Of a stretch of DNA of 64,000 nt, positions 31,374 to 41,174 are shown piece after piece. The translations under genes and the position numbers were made by a program. Numbering within the stretch: position 1 is the stretch's first letter; each line of letters starts with the position of its first letter. The DNA lies in contig OZ220480.1 of the NCBI GenBank assembly GCA_965116025.1, positions 544,001 to 608,000 of the forward strand, written 5' to 3'. Under the pieces are notes generated by a model. That model worked only from the letters and a program-made list of their open reading frames with translations, ran no database searches and was not told the origin of the DNA. The DNA comes from an uncultured candidatus Porisulfidus sp. (GTDB lineage Bacteria; Pseudomonadota; Gammaproteobacteria; Poriferisulfidales; Poriferisulfidaceae).

Positions 31374-32512
31374 CAGAGACGGTTCCGATGGTCCGGACAC
31401 ACCACATGTGGCAAATCCACCGGAAAATCGCGGCCCAGCGCCATCACCCGGAAGCGCTCTCCCATACAGTCGGGATGGATCAGGGTCTCGATCCGCCCGA
31501 TCCACGCGAGCCGCTCGGCCTCATCCGTCAGGGAGTCCGCCTCCTCCAGCAAGCCATACTCCAGAAGAAAGCCGGCCTGCGTGGTGAACATCAAAACGTC
31601 GAGCCCTCGCTCCACCGCCAACTCCGCCACGGCGGTGAAATCCACGTCCACGCTGATGTCTTCCTGTCCGGGCTGGCGGAAGGGATCCGAGCGCGCCCGA
31701 TGGCCCGCGTGGCAACGCAACGTTCCGGTGGAACGCTGGGGATGATAGTACTCCGCGCGCGGATAACCGTAGTCGATGACCAGCGCGACGCCGCGCTGAA
31801 GAGCGCCGTCCAGCTCATCCAACCACGCGCGCAGAGAGTCGTGGCGCCATTCCGAGCGATAACCCGGAGCGGGCGCATCGTCAAGTCCGGCGATCAGCTC
31901 GCGCAAGTCCGCGCCAGGATCGGCCATCTCGGGCGCCCAACGAAACTCGTCCTCGCCCAGGACGGCGACCATACGCTCGCGAGCGCCCTGATCGGTCATC
32001 TCGAAACAACGGGCCGGCAGAGCGTCCAAAAACTCGTTGGCCAGAACGACCCCCTCGAACGCTCGAGGCAAGGAGTCGGTCCAGCGGTACGGGCGGCCTT
32101 CCCCGCTCAGGGTTTCGACCTGTATCGCGCGCAATCGCGATGACCGCTCCAGCAACCAGTAGTCGTCCAGCGACGCTCGCGCCGCGGTCAGCAAACCGCT
32201 CGCCAGCCTGCCATCCCCAGGTCCGTATTCCGCGATCGCGCCGTCACCCAGCCTTTCCCGGCAAAAGTCGCAAAACCGCGCGACGCAACGAGCCAGCGAT
32301 CCCCCCAAAGCCGGCGCGGTGATGAAGTCCCCGTCCGCGCCAAAGATCGGCCGCGACCGTTCATAATACCCGCGTTCCGGCGCGTATAGCGCCTGGTCCA
32401 TATACTGATCGAAACGTAGCGAGCCCTCCCGCCGGACCCGTTTCGCCATGCGCGCGCGCGGAGAGTCCACAGCGTCTCCGGGGGCGCGAGCGGACGAAAC
32501 AGGAGCATCCAT
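31373..32512 (-). CDS. NDUFAF7/MidA-family SAM-dependent methyltransferase
   Basis: FDQYMDQALY, GDFITAP, EYGPGDG, ANEFLDALP, IDYG and VDFTA motifs. Confidence 0.9.
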   Translation of the reverse strand: MDAPVSSARAPGDAVDSPRARMAKRVRREGSLRFDQYMDQALYAPERGYYERSRPIFGADGDFITAPALGGSLARCVARFCDFCRERLGDGAIAEYGPGDGRLASGLLTAARASLDDYWLLERSSRLRAIQVETLSGEGRPYRWTDSLPRAFEGVVLANEFLDALPARCFEMTDQGARERMVAVLGEDEFRWAPEMADPGADLRELIAGLDDAPAPGYRSEWRHDSLRAWLDELDGALQRGVALVIDYGYPRAEYYHPQRSTGTLRCHAGHRARSDPFRQPGQEDISVDVDFTAVAELAVERGLDVLMFTTQAGFLLEYGLLEEADSLTDEAERLAWIGRIETLIHPDCMGERFRVMALGRDFPVDLPHVVCPDHRNRL

Positions 32513-32558
32513 CGCGCGATTACGCTACCATGAGCGAGAGCAAACATCCCACCGCGCG

Positions 32559-33311
32559 ATGACCTCTCCCACTCTAGACGGCCGAACCGTCCTGATCACC
32601 GGCTCCGCGCGGCGGCTGGGCGCGCGCATGGCGCGCCTCCTGCACCAGGATGGCGCCAACATCATGCTGCATTGCCTGCGCTCCGTCGCCGACGCCCAAC
32701 CCTTGGCGGAAGAGTTGCAGGAGCGGCGTGACGACTCGGTCGCCCTGGTCACCGCCGACCTGCGGGAAGAGCAAAGCGTGGTCTCGATCATCGCGGCGAC
32801 CATGCGGGCGTTCGGACGACTGGACGCCCTGGTCAACAACGCGTCTTTGTTCGAGCCAGGCGGGGCCGCCCCGGCGGATCCGAAGCGGTGGGAAGAGATC
32901 CAGGCGGTGAACGTGCGCGCCCCTTGGCTTCTGGCCGAGGCGGCGGCTCCGCATCTGCGCGAAACGCGAGGCTGCATCGTCAACATTCTGGATATCTACG
33001 CGGCGCGCCCGCTACCGGGATACCTGTCCTACAGCACCAGCCAAACCGCCCTGGCCGGGCTGACTCGCGGCCTCGCGCTGGAACTCGCGCCAGAGATTCG
33101 CGTCAACGGAATAGCGCCTGGGGCGATCCTGTGGCCGGAAGAAGAAGACGGCCGGGACCGGCAGGCCATCATCAACAGCACAGCTCTGAAAAGGCTGGGA
33201 CATCCGGACGACATCGCCCGCGCCGCGCTATTCCTGATCCGGGACGCCGGCTACCTGACCGGAGAGATCGTGACCGTCGACGGCGGGCGTAGCCTCACGC
33301 CATGGATCTGA
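32559..33311 (+). CDS. Pteridine/dihydromonapterin reductase (SDR, FolM-like)
   Basis: ITGSARRLG, LVNNAS and IRVNGIAPG motifs; next to folK/folB. Confidence 0.88.
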   Translation: MTSPTLDGRTVLITGSARRLGARMARLLHQDGANIMLHCLRSVADAQPLAEELQERRDDSVALVTADLREEQSVVSIIAATMRAFGRLDALVNNASLFEPGGAAPADPKRWEEIQAVNVRAPWLLAEAAAPHLRETRGCIVNILDIYAARPLPGYLSYSTSQTALAGLTRGLALELAPEIRVNGIAPGAILWPEEEDGRDRQAIINSTALKRLGHPDDIARAALFLIRDAGYLTGEIVTVDGGRSLTPWI

Positions 33312-33791
33312 CACGGCGCGCAAGGTGATGGGCCTTTCCTCTCGCCACCGCCTCCACAACCGCTCGATGGGCACGTCCAAAACCGGGTGCTTCAGGTCTC
33401 CGCAGATTTCCGCCAAGGGACCAAGCACGAATTCGTGATCCAATATCTCGTCGCGCGGAAGAGACAAAACCCCATCCCCCAGAACCCAGTCGCCATAGAG
33501 CAAAACATCCAGATCGATCGTGCGGGACGCGAAGCGGTCCTTGCCGCGCACCCGCTCCAGCTCAGTCTCGATCTTGGACAAGACCTCGTTGACGATATGA
33601 GGATGGTCCCGCGTCTCGAACGCCACCACCATATTATGGAAATCGTCCCCCTCGAACCCCAGCGCCGGAGACTCGTACAGAGTGGACCGGGTCAGGGGGC
33701 CGTAGTGATCCTCCAGCCGCTCCAGAGCTTGGGCGACCTTGCGCTCCCGGTCGATGTTGCTGCCGAGGCTGACGTACACCCGCTCCATCAA
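33228..33791 (-). CDS. folK: 6-hydroxymethyl-7,8-dihydropterin pyrophosphokinase
   Basis: VYVSLGSN, RTIDLDVLLY and FVLGPLAEI motifs. Confidence 0.94.
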   Translation of the reverse strand: MMERVYVSLGSNIDRERKVAQALERLEDHYGPLTRSTLYESPALGFEGDDFHNMVVAFETRDHPHIVNEVLSKIETELERVRGKDRFASRTIDLDVLLYGDWVLGDGVLSLPRDEILDHEFVLGPLAEICGDLKHPVLDVPIERLWRRWREERPITLRAVSDPWREATPAVDGHDLSGQVAGVPDQE

Positions 33792-34138
33792 TCTCCCCGT
33801 TCGATCACGACGCCAACCTCCTGCGCGGCGCGAACCGCGAACGGCTTGGCGATCCGCACTCGCACCCAGCGCACCTTGAACTCCTCTTGGATGATGGCGG
33901 CGACCGCCTCGGCCAACGTCTCGACCAGCTGAAACTGGCTAGCCTCCGCGAACTCCACCACGCGCTTGCTGATCGCCTTGTAATCGACGGCGTCCTCCAG
34001 CGCGTCGCTGGCCGCCGCACCCGCCACGTCCGCCCGAAGGTCGATGTCCAGAAGCAGGTTTTGGCGAATTCGCTTCTCCCAGTCGAACACGCCAATCACG
34101 GCTTTCGCCTTGAGTCCCTTGATGAAGACCGTGTCCAT
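33788..34138 (-). CDS. folB: Dihydroneopterin aldolase
   Basis: IGVFDWEK, VDYK, LVETLAE and VGVVIER motifs. Confidence 0.95.
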   Translation of the reverse strand: MDTVFIKGLKAKAVIGVFDWEKRIRQNLLLDIDLRADVAGAAASDALEDAVDYKAISKRVVEFAEASQFQLVETLAEAVAAIIQEEFKVRWVRVRIAKPFAVRAAQEVGVVIERGD

Positions 34139-34694
34139 GATCCTGAAGCTTGAGCGCGAGGAGGTCGTCGGAGCGATGGGGGAACGAAGCGACCTATTTG
34201 TTCGCCAAAGCGCCCGTCAAATCAATCTGGCCCAAAACGCCCGCTTCTCCCTCGTCGCCCAATAACCGGCATGGCTCTGGACGAAACCGAAACGGTGGAG
34301 GAATCTCGGGCATCCGAATCTTGACCATTTTAGAATGGCAAGTAGTCGCGCTCATGATCGTCGCTCGCTGACTCCGCGGGAACAACCTTATCTCTCGTCC
34401 GGGAACCGATACATCACTCAAGGCGTGGGCATCAAGGGCAACAGTGAAAACGAATCGCTAAAGTCGTATCGTTTGCAGCAACTCGATAACAGCATCCTCG
34501 CTGAGTGGAGACTACTATATCATCAGTACGTCATCATTGTCGCGCTAAGTCGACACGTTCGGTCTGTCCGAGAAGGCATCCACCTTCTGGCGAACACCCA
34601 AAAGCGAAAAATCGGCTTTGCTTTCCATTTACGAGAAATCGGAGTCGGAGTGGCATGCTAAAATAAGGTTCCATATTGACGCGGGAAACCAACC

Positions 34695-35045
34695 GTGCCA
34701 AAACAGCCAAAAGGCGTACTCATTGAGTATGCGAATCCCGATGATTCTACCAATCCTTCTTATGTGGAAGGGGCGCAAGGGTTGGTGACTCGAGGAAAAA
34801 TGCTTCACGTGAGTTTCTTTTCGGAATTCAGGAAAACGAAAAGCACATTACTGTGTGATGCCACAAAGACGGAAAACCCGAACATCCTCGCTGTGAAAAC
34901 TGAGGATATGGACCCACATTCGCCAAATGAAGACGGAAACCTCGTGGTAATTCGCCGGATTGAGGCCAGCATTCTCGTCGATGCGGCATCGTTGGAAAAC
35001 ATCGTCGCATGGTTGCAAGAGAAACTTCAAGACATGAAGTCCTGA
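34695..35045 (+). CDS. Hypothetical protein (possibly DUF3467-like), first gene of an AT-rich three-gene operon
   Basis: NPSYVEGAQG...LHVSFFSE...IRRIEASI...IVAWLQEKL; TG-n-TAAAAT at 34656-34664 upstream. Confidence 0.6.
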   Translation: MPKQPKGVLIEYANPDDSTNPSYVEGAQGLVTRGKMLHVSFFSEFRKTKSTLLCDATKTENPNILAVKTEDMDPHSPNEDGNLVVIRRIEASILVDAASLENIVAWLQEKLQDMKS

Positions 35046-35063
35046 CCAAGAAGGACGCGAAAG

Positions 35064-35492
35064 ATGTTTGAAGCGATTAGCGTCTCGACGGACTCGACCT
35101 ATATTTATCGTGTTGGGAATCCGGTTTCCGCCTCTCCTGATATCAGGATATCAGGGAGTTTGAATTTCGTCAGCGCACTCCATCTCTTTGCCGCAACATG
35201 GAGTGACATCCGATCATCAGAGAACTTATTTATCAAGGAGTTACCGGATAGCAGATACAAGCTCATTAAATTCATCCCCGTTTCCATTGAAGAAGACGAG
35301 ACCGGCGTGTTTATCGCTCGCTTCAGCGAGGCCAATATCAGCATAACTGGAGAAAACCGGGAAGCGGCGAAAGAGGATCTAAGCCACTACATACTAGATG
35401 TGTTCGAATTGTTTCTGGAAGAAGACAAGCTGGGGAAAGGCCCGAAAAAGGATCTGGCCATATTGCGGCAATACATACTGGCTGATGAATAA
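35064..35492 (+). CDS. HicB-like antitoxin
   Basis: IPVSIEEDETGVFIARFSEANISITGENREAAKEDL resembles the HicB partial RNase H fold. Confidence 0.6.
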   Translation: MFEAISVSTDSTYIYRVGNPVSASPDIRISGSLNFVSALHLFAATWSDIRSSENLFIKELPDSRYKLIKFIPVSIEEDETGVFIARFSEANISITGENREAAKEDLSHYILDVFELFLEEDKLGKGPKKDLAILRQYILADE

Positions 35493-35764
35493 TGCCGTTA
35501 TTATCTCAAAAGCACGCGAGAAAAATTGCGGCGAAGTTCGGTGTGAAACCAAAACGTGGTCGACGCCACGACATTGTGGTTCTATACAAAGAAGAAAGTC
35601 TAGAAATCCAATATGGAATCAGCCGTTCAAGCAAAGACGCCCCACACAACCACCTGCCGAAGCAGTTAAAAATCAACAAGGAGCAAGCACTGAAACTGGC
35701 GAACTGCACTCTGAGCGAGGATGGATATTTTGGAATCCTGAGAGACAAGAGGATTATCGAATAA
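35492..35764 (+). CDS. HicA-like small basic toxin candidate
   Basis: 90 aa, Lys/Arg-rich, GRRHD motif; TAATG overlap with the upstream HicB-like gene. Confidence 0.5.
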   Translation: MPLLSQKHARKIAAKFGVKPKRGRRHDIVVLYKEESLEIQYGISRSSKDAPHNHLPKQLKINKEQALKLANCTLSEDGYFGILRDKRIIE

Positions 35765-36160
35765 CGTGCGCGCCCCACCGCGGTGGCGGCGTCCCTTGGT
35801 GGTAAAGACATACGACTCACGGGCTACTGCACGCAGAAATTCATGGGGGTTTGACGCGTCGATACGCGAATTGGTAGCATCTCGTGGAGCGGTCACATTT
35901 CTCAGTAACGCCAGCACAACCCGTACGGAAACCCTCTTCGACCGTCAACTAGCCCTGACGGCCTTCGCCTCAACCGACATCGGAAAGGCTTCCATGAAAC
36001 CGTGGCGAGATGCCATCGCGCTCCCTGGAGGCCATGAAGGAATCAGGGCTGGACGAAACGCAGGCGATTTCTCCACGGAATGAGCGTCTATTTCGAAAAG
36101 TCCAGCGCGACCAAACGGCAGGGTACGGTAAAATTGCCCGCTAGGCGGATTGCCCGCCGT

Positions 36161-36248
<88 letters not shown>

Positions 36249-36356
36249 TCACCCCGAACAGCGAGAACAGACCGTGCGGTCTTGCGTAATCCCGCGCGTG
36301 GCCGCCCCCGCGACCTCTTGCCGCTCGCCGCGAACGTCCCCCGCTCCAGCGAGAGA

Positions 36357-36737
36357 TCAGTTGTGGCGAAGATAGGCGAACCGGGGATCGTCCGGAGTGC
36401 CTTCCAGCGCCGAACCCTCGGGGGGACGCCATGTCATGGCCTCCTCAATTCGGGCCGCCAGCTCGAAATCCCGGTTGGTCACTCCCTTCTTCGAATGGGT
36501 GGTCAGTTTGACGATCACGAACGCGTATGAGACGGTCAGATCCGGATGGTGCCAGGCCAGCTCCGCGAGGTGGCCGATGGTGGTCACGGCCATGAGCGTG
36601 CCTTTCCAGCTCGCCGTGCGATATTTCCGGCGAATCCAGCCAGATTCCAGATACCATTCGGGCAACTCCTCCTCGAGTCGCGCCTTGATCTCCTCGTCCG
36701 TGTAGACCGCGTCGTTGTCTTTCTTTTTCAAGCTCAT
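36357..36737 (-). CDS. Pterin-4-alpha-carbinolamine dehydratase
   Basis: AELAWHHPDL, LTTH and DFELAARIE motifs. Confidence 0.9.
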   Translation of the reverse strand: MSLKKKDNDAVYTDEEIKARLEEELPEWYLESGWIRRKYRTASWKGTLMAVTTIGHLAELAWHHPDLTVSYAFVIVKLTTHSKKGVTNRDFELAARIEEAMTWRPPEGSALEGTPDDPRFAYLRHN

Positions 36738-36876
36738 GGTTTTTTCCTCATGCCGCGTTCCCCATTCTACTCCGCTCGGTCATAAAATAAGATCCCGTGC
36801 CAGCCCTCGCTTCGCGCGAGCGCGGGGTCTCGCGCTCGCGTCAAGGAGGCCCTGGAAAACCTTCGCCCAGAAAACC

Positions 36877-37350
36877 ATGCGCCCGAAGCTTCATCCGGCA
36901 CGGCAGGGGGTCCCGCTTGCCGCCATTCTTGCGGTGGCCACGTCTCTCCCGCTATCCGCATGCAGCGGGGAAGGCACCGACCTGACGGGTTCTCGAGCCT
37001 GGGTTACCACGCCCTCCGCCGAAGGCGTCTCCACCTGCGGCGTGACCGTGCGCAACAGAACCGATGAAGCGCGAACGTTGCGGCATGTCATGGCGACGGA
37101 TTTTCTACGCGCGGAACTCCGCGCGAGCGTGGGCGAAGAATCCACCTCTCCTCCCCACATCATCGTCGAGGCCAACGCGTCCACCGAGTTGCCGCCGAAC
37201 GGCGCGACCTTCCTGCTGAAAGGGCCCAAGCGCTCCCTTCATGTCGGAGACGAAACCCTGCTCGCGCTGCACTTCGACGACGGTCAAGCGATTTTCATCA
37301 GCGCGAAAGTCGGAGTCGCGCCACCGTCCTCCCTCGTCCCGAGGCCATGA
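36877..37350 (+). CDS. PCu(A)C-fold lipoprotein lacking the usual His/Met copper ligands
   Basis: Lipobox LSAC; AWV...VRN...ELPPNG..FLL.GPKRSLHVGDETLLALHFDDG spacing matches PCuAC; ATGA overlap with tupB. Confidence 0.65.
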   Translation: MRPKLHPARQGVPLAAILAVATSLPLSACSGEGTDLTGSRAWVTTPSAEGVSTCGVTVRNRTDEARTLRHVMATDFLRAELRASVGEESTSPPHIIVEANASTELPPNGATFLLKGPKRSLHVGDETLLALHFDDGQAIFISAKVGVAPPSSLVPRP

Positions 37351-38048
37351 GCGATTTCAGCGACGCCCTGATCGCCGCGGCTGGCATGCTGACCGGGCTG
37401 GATCCCGACCTTCTGGAAATCATCCGGCTGTCGCTGTTCGTCACGCTGACCGCCGTTGGCTTGGCCACCGTGATCGGCGTTCCCTTGGGGGGATTGCTGG
37501 CCGTGAGGCGATTCCCGGGCCGCGCGTTCGTCGCGCTCGTCATCGACGCTTTCATGGGCCTTCCGCCCGTCGTGGTCGGGTTGATCGTCTATCTCTGGCT
37601 GTCGCGTTCCGGACCTCTCGGGGTGCTGGGGCTTCTATACACCCCGACCGCGATGATCATCGCGCAATGCCTGCTGGTCACGCCCATCATCGCCGCCCTG
37701 TCGCGCCAAGTCATCGCCGACGCGCATGGGCAATATGACGAGCAGCTTCGTTCCCTTGGCGCGGCGCGATGGCAACGCGTCGCGACCCTGCTCTGGGAAA
37801 CTCGGACCAGCCTTCTCGTGGCCGTGCTGGCCGGGTTCGGGCGCGCCAACGCGGAAGTTGGCGCCGTCATGATCGTGGGGGGAAACATCAACCATGTAAC
37901 CCGGGTGATGACCACCACGGTCGCCTACGAAACCAGTCGCGGCAACCTGACCGAAGCCTTGGCGCTCGGCATCGTTCTGATTCTGATCGCCATGCTGCTG
38001 ACCTTGTTGCTGCACCAGTTGCGCAGGCTTGACGTGGGACCCCGATGA
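37347..38048 (+). CDS. tupB: Tungstate ABC transporter permease
   Basis: MGLPPVVVGL and GFGRANAEVGAVMIVGGNI motifs. Confidence 0.92.
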   Translation: MSDFSDALIAAAGMLTGLDPDLLEIIRLSLFVTLTAVGLATVIGVPLGGLLAVRRFPGRAFVALVIDAFMGLPPVVVGLIVYLWLSRSGPLGVLGLLYTPTAMIIAQCLLVTPIIAALSRQVIADAHGQYDEQLRSLGAARWQRVATLLWETRTSLLVAVLAGFGRANAEVGAVMIVGGNINHVTRVMTTTVAYETSRGNLTEALALGIVLILIAMLLTLLLHQLRRLDVGPR

Positions 38049-38788
38049 TGCGGCGCCATCCGAAATCCCTGTTTCCCCTAACGGTCTCCGGCTTAGATTT
38101 CGTCGTTGACGGGGAGCTGCTGTTGTCGGGGCTTTCGCTCAAGCTGGAAGAGAAGGGATGCACCGCGATACTCGGCCCGAACGGCTCCGGCAAAACCCTT
38201 CTGCTACGCCTGCTCCACGGCATGCTGACTCCCGCGTCCGGCTTCGTTCGATGGGGCGGCCTCACGCCAGCCCAAGCCCTGCCTTCGCAAGCCATGGTCT
38301 TCCAGCTGCCCGCCATGCTCAACCGTAGCGCGCGGGCCAACATCGACTACGCTTTGCGGTTGCGACGAGTCCCGGGCGCCGAGCGCCGGCGACTCGTTCA
38401 GGAAGCCATCGAGCTCTGCGGGCTGACCGAAGTGGCCGGGCGCAACGCCCGCGTCCTGTCCGGGGGCGAGCGCCAGAAACTGGCGATCGCGCGAGCTTGG
38501 GTCACCCGGCCGAGAGCCCTGCTGATGGACGAGCCCACCTCGGAACTGGACCCCCTCGCCACCCGCGAAATCGAATCCATGATCCAGCGGGTCGTCGCCC
38601 AAGGCGTTCGAGTCCTCTTGGCTACCCACGACATGAATCAGGTCCGTCATCTGGCGAACGACGTTTTGTTCCTGGAATACGGTCGCCTAAGCGCCCATCT
38701 TTCGATTGAGGATTTCCTGAACTACCAGGGAGACGGCGCGCTGCGCGATTTCGTCGCCCACCCGACCCGCTCCGAAATCATCTCGTAA
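38045..38788 (+). CDS. tupC: Tungstate ABC transporter ATPase
   Basis: GPNGSGKT, LSGGERQ and MDEPT motifs; operon context. Confidence 0.88.
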   Translation: MMRRHPKSLFPLTVSGLDFVVDGELLLSGLSLKLEEKGCTAILGPNGSGKTLLLRLLHGMLTPASGFVRWGGLTPAQALPSQAMVFQLPAMLNRSARANIDYALRLRRVPGAERRRLVQEAIELCGLTEVAGRNARVLSGGERQKLAIARAWVTRPRALLMDEPTSELDPLATREIESMIQRVVAQGVRVLLATHDMNQVRHLANDVLFLEYGRLSAHLSIEDFLNYQGDGALRDFVAHPTRSEIIS

Positions 38789-38792
38789 ATTC

Positions 38793-39605
38793 ATGCGCTT
38801 CCTGTTTTCCCTTGCCGCCAGCTGCCTGGCCATCTCTCCCGCGATAGCGGAATCGGAGTTCCTGACCATCGCGTCCACCACCTCGACGGACCACTCGGGT
38901 CTCTACGACTATCTGCTACCGATCTACGAAGAAAAATCCGGAGTGCGCTTCCGGGTCGTGGCTGTCGGAACGGGACAGGCTATTCGCAACGCGATGCGTG
39001 GCGACGCCGACCTGCTGATCGTTCACCATCGCGAATCGGAGGACCGCTTCGTCGCCGAGGGCTACGGGCTGAGGCGGAACGACTTGATGTACAACGAGTT
39101 CATCCTGATCGGACCGCGCGAGGACCCCGCCCGGGTCTCGACCGCGGGCAACGTGGAGGAAGCCCTGCGCCGTATCGCGCGCTCAGGCGCCACGTTCGTC
39201 TCCCGCGGCGATGACAGCGGAACTCACAAGAGGGAGCTGGAACTGTGGGCCAGAGCGAAGATCCCGGTGCGTCCCGCCAGCGGAGACTGGTACTGGGAAG
39301 CCGGCGCCGGCATGGGGCCCACACTAAACACCGCGGCCGCGCGGCATGCCTACGTACTGAGCGACGGAGCCACCTGGGCCGCGTTCGGCAATCGGCAAGA
39401 CTTGGTCGCGCTGTATCGAAACGATCCGCTACTGCACAACCAGTACGGGGTCATCGTGGTCAGTCCCGACCGCCACCCCCATGTTAAATGGAGACTGGCC
39501 CAAGCGTTCTCGGAGTGGCTGCTATCAGAGGACGGACAGCGGGCGATCACGGATTTCCGGATTGGCGAAGAGCGGGTCTTCTTCCCGAACGTCCCGCCCC
39601 GCTGA
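38793..39605 (+). CDS. tupA: Tungstate ABC transporter binding protein
   Basis: STTSTDHSGL, VGTGQA and FVSRGDDSGTHKRE TupA motifs. Confidence 0.93.
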   Translation: MRFLFSLAASCLAISPAIAESEFLTIASTTSTDHSGLYDYLLPIYEEKSGVRFRVVAVGTGQAIRNAMRGDADLLIVHHRESEDRFVAEGYGLRRNDLMYNEFILIGPREDPARVSTAGNVEEALRRIARSGATFVSRGDDSGTHKRELELWARAKIPVRPASGDWYWEAGAGMGPTLNTAAARHAYVLSDGATWAAFGNRQDLVALYRNDPLLHNQYGVIVVSPDRHPHVKWRLAQAFSEWLLSEDGQRAITDFRIGEERVFFPNVPPR

Positions 39606-39622
39606 AAACCCGCGCGGTCGTC

Positions 39623-39934
39623 TCAAGCGGAATTCCCACAGTACGGAGCGACCTTGACCTCGGCTTCTCGCGCGCGAGCTCGGGCGATATCGTAGCTATT
39701 CTGCATTCTCATGAGCGTGTCCATGGGAACGCCGAACGCCTTTTCGATTCTGATCGCCATTTCCGGCGATAGGCGCGCGCGCTCGTTGAACAACGCGGAC
39801 AACGCGGGACGCGTGACCCCGAGCGTCCGCGCCGCGTCGGTGACCGACAGACCCAGCGGCTCCACAACCTCGCTCTTCACGAACCCTCCCGGATGAGCCG
39901 GCCTCTTCATTCGGATTCCCCGGGTCGCGCTCAT
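39623..39934 (-). CDS. higA: HigA-family antitoxin
   Basis: PAHPG...LSVTDAARTLGVTRPALS...SPEMAIRIEKAFG...MQNSYD. Confidence 0.92.
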   Translation of the reverse strand: MSATRGIRMKRPAHPGGFVKSEVVEPLGLSVTDAARTLGVTRPALSALFNERARLSPEMAIRIEKAFGVPMDTLMRMQNSYDIARARAREAEVKVAPYCGNSA

Positions 39935-39943
39935 GGCGTCTTC

Positions 39944-40234
39944 CTAGTGATAATCTTCAAAGTTCAAGTCCACGATCTCGCCCTCTTCCCGGTCCACCAA
40001 GAACGTGATCCGCCAGTTCCTCGTCACGGACAAGCTCCAAGCGTTTTTTCGATCACCGGTCAGTCTGCGCGCCCTCCAGCCCGCGACCGTCCGCAACTCG
40101 TCCTCCCGCTCCATGTCCTGGATGAAGGCCATGATCCGACGTAGCCTCGTCCTCACCTCCGAGGGGAGACCCGTCACGTCATCACGCTCCACAAATCGGC
40201 GAAGCCCTTTGTGGGAAACGTTCCTGATCTTCAT
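39944..40234 (-). CDS. higB: HigB/RelE-family toxin
   Basis: HKGLRRF...LTGDRKNAWSLSVTRNWRITF...FEDYH. Confidence 0.92.
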   Translation of the reverse strand: MKIRNVSHKGLRRFVERDDVTGLPSEVRTRLRRIMAFIQDMEREDELRTVAGWRARRLTGDRKNAWSLSVTRNWRITFLVDREEGEIVDLNFEDYH

Positions 40235-40358
40235 GCTCAGATCTACCACCACGACCCGTTTCGTGCCAGCCTTAAGTCTCAATGATGACATGATCAGTTC
40301 CTAAAGATGCACGGATGATATGGAAATCTGCAGACCCTTAATTCCTTATAGTTTCGTG

Positions 40359-41047
40359 GGGGAATTATGTAGTGCTTGGCAGAAAATCCCCGACCGGAGG
40401 ATTTTCGCATGATTTCGCGCCGTCCGTCACGCCAGCAGGCATTCTCGCGAGGAAGAACGGGCATCGGCTTCCTAGCCGGAAGCGGCGCGGGGAACTCGAG
40501 ATTCTGGACGCGGCGCTCAGACCGCCAGGCGAAGGCTCGCTCGCGCCGGCGGGATTCCCGTAACAGCCGCTCACGCGCCAGCAACAGCCACCCCAGTCGC
40601 TTGAGATTGGCCGTCATCACCGATGGCACCACACTCCGCGCGAAGCCCCCTTCCCGTGCATCCACGCCCGATCCAGGCCACAATGCCCCATCTGGTCAAC
40701 CAGCGTCTCGGCGAAGCCCAGAGAAAGCGCAGAATCGACCGGCGCCCCCGCCACACGCGCTCAGGCAAGCCCTCCAGCAACGCCTCCGCCTTCTCCCGCA
40801 GGACGTGGCAATGATCGTCGAATTGGACGTCCAGGATCTCGATCTGGCCGAACTGGAGTTGCGGGATATCGAACTTTCTCATTGGGAATCCTCGAAGATC
40901 AGGGCGAAATCACGGGAAAATGGGGAAAGCCGCCAAAACCCGCGCGGCCCGGGCGATTCCTCGCCCTGACGATATGGAGATTAACCCATAAGAATCAAGA
41001 GGATGAATAGGCGTTATAATTTTCTGCTAAGTACTACATCATTCCTC
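40359..41047 (-). mobile_element. Non-autonomous, internally deleted IS (689 bp) with ISNCY/IS5-like transposase remnants
   Basis: 29-bp imperfect TIRs (ggggaattatgtagtgcttggcagaaaat vs reverse complement gaggaatgatgtagtacttagcagaaaat); 6-bp flanking duplication TTCGTG at 40353-40358 and 41048-41053; N-terminal (MRKFDIPQLQFGQIEI) and C-terminal (GFARSV..VMTANLKRLG) transposase-like fragments. Confidence 0.85.
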
Positions 41048-41099
41048 TTCGTGGCGGGCACTAGGGCCGTGTGCTACACTCTTCCGTGCGTATAATGCT

Positions 41100-41130
41100 T
41101 TGACCATATGCGCTATAGCGCATAGGTCAA
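41100..41130. promoter_or_regulatory. Palindrome (operator or leader hairpin) immediately after TATAAT
   Basis: Perfect tatgcgcta/tagcgcata (41107-41124) inside ttgacc...ggtcaa; TATAAT at 41091-41096. Confidence 0.6.
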
Positions 41131-41174
41131 GCTAGTATTGAACTGGAGATAACGTTAGGAGACGTGGGAGAATC

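Noticed and set aside
33228-33311. 84-nt convergent overlap of folK and the pteridine reductase
   Set aside because: Most simply a non-conserved C-terminal run-on of folK; no evidence of function.
35994-36083. MKPWRDAIALP mini-ORF reminiscent of a DUF499 ATPase N-terminus
   Set aside because: Similarity spans only a few residues; cannot be supported without a search.
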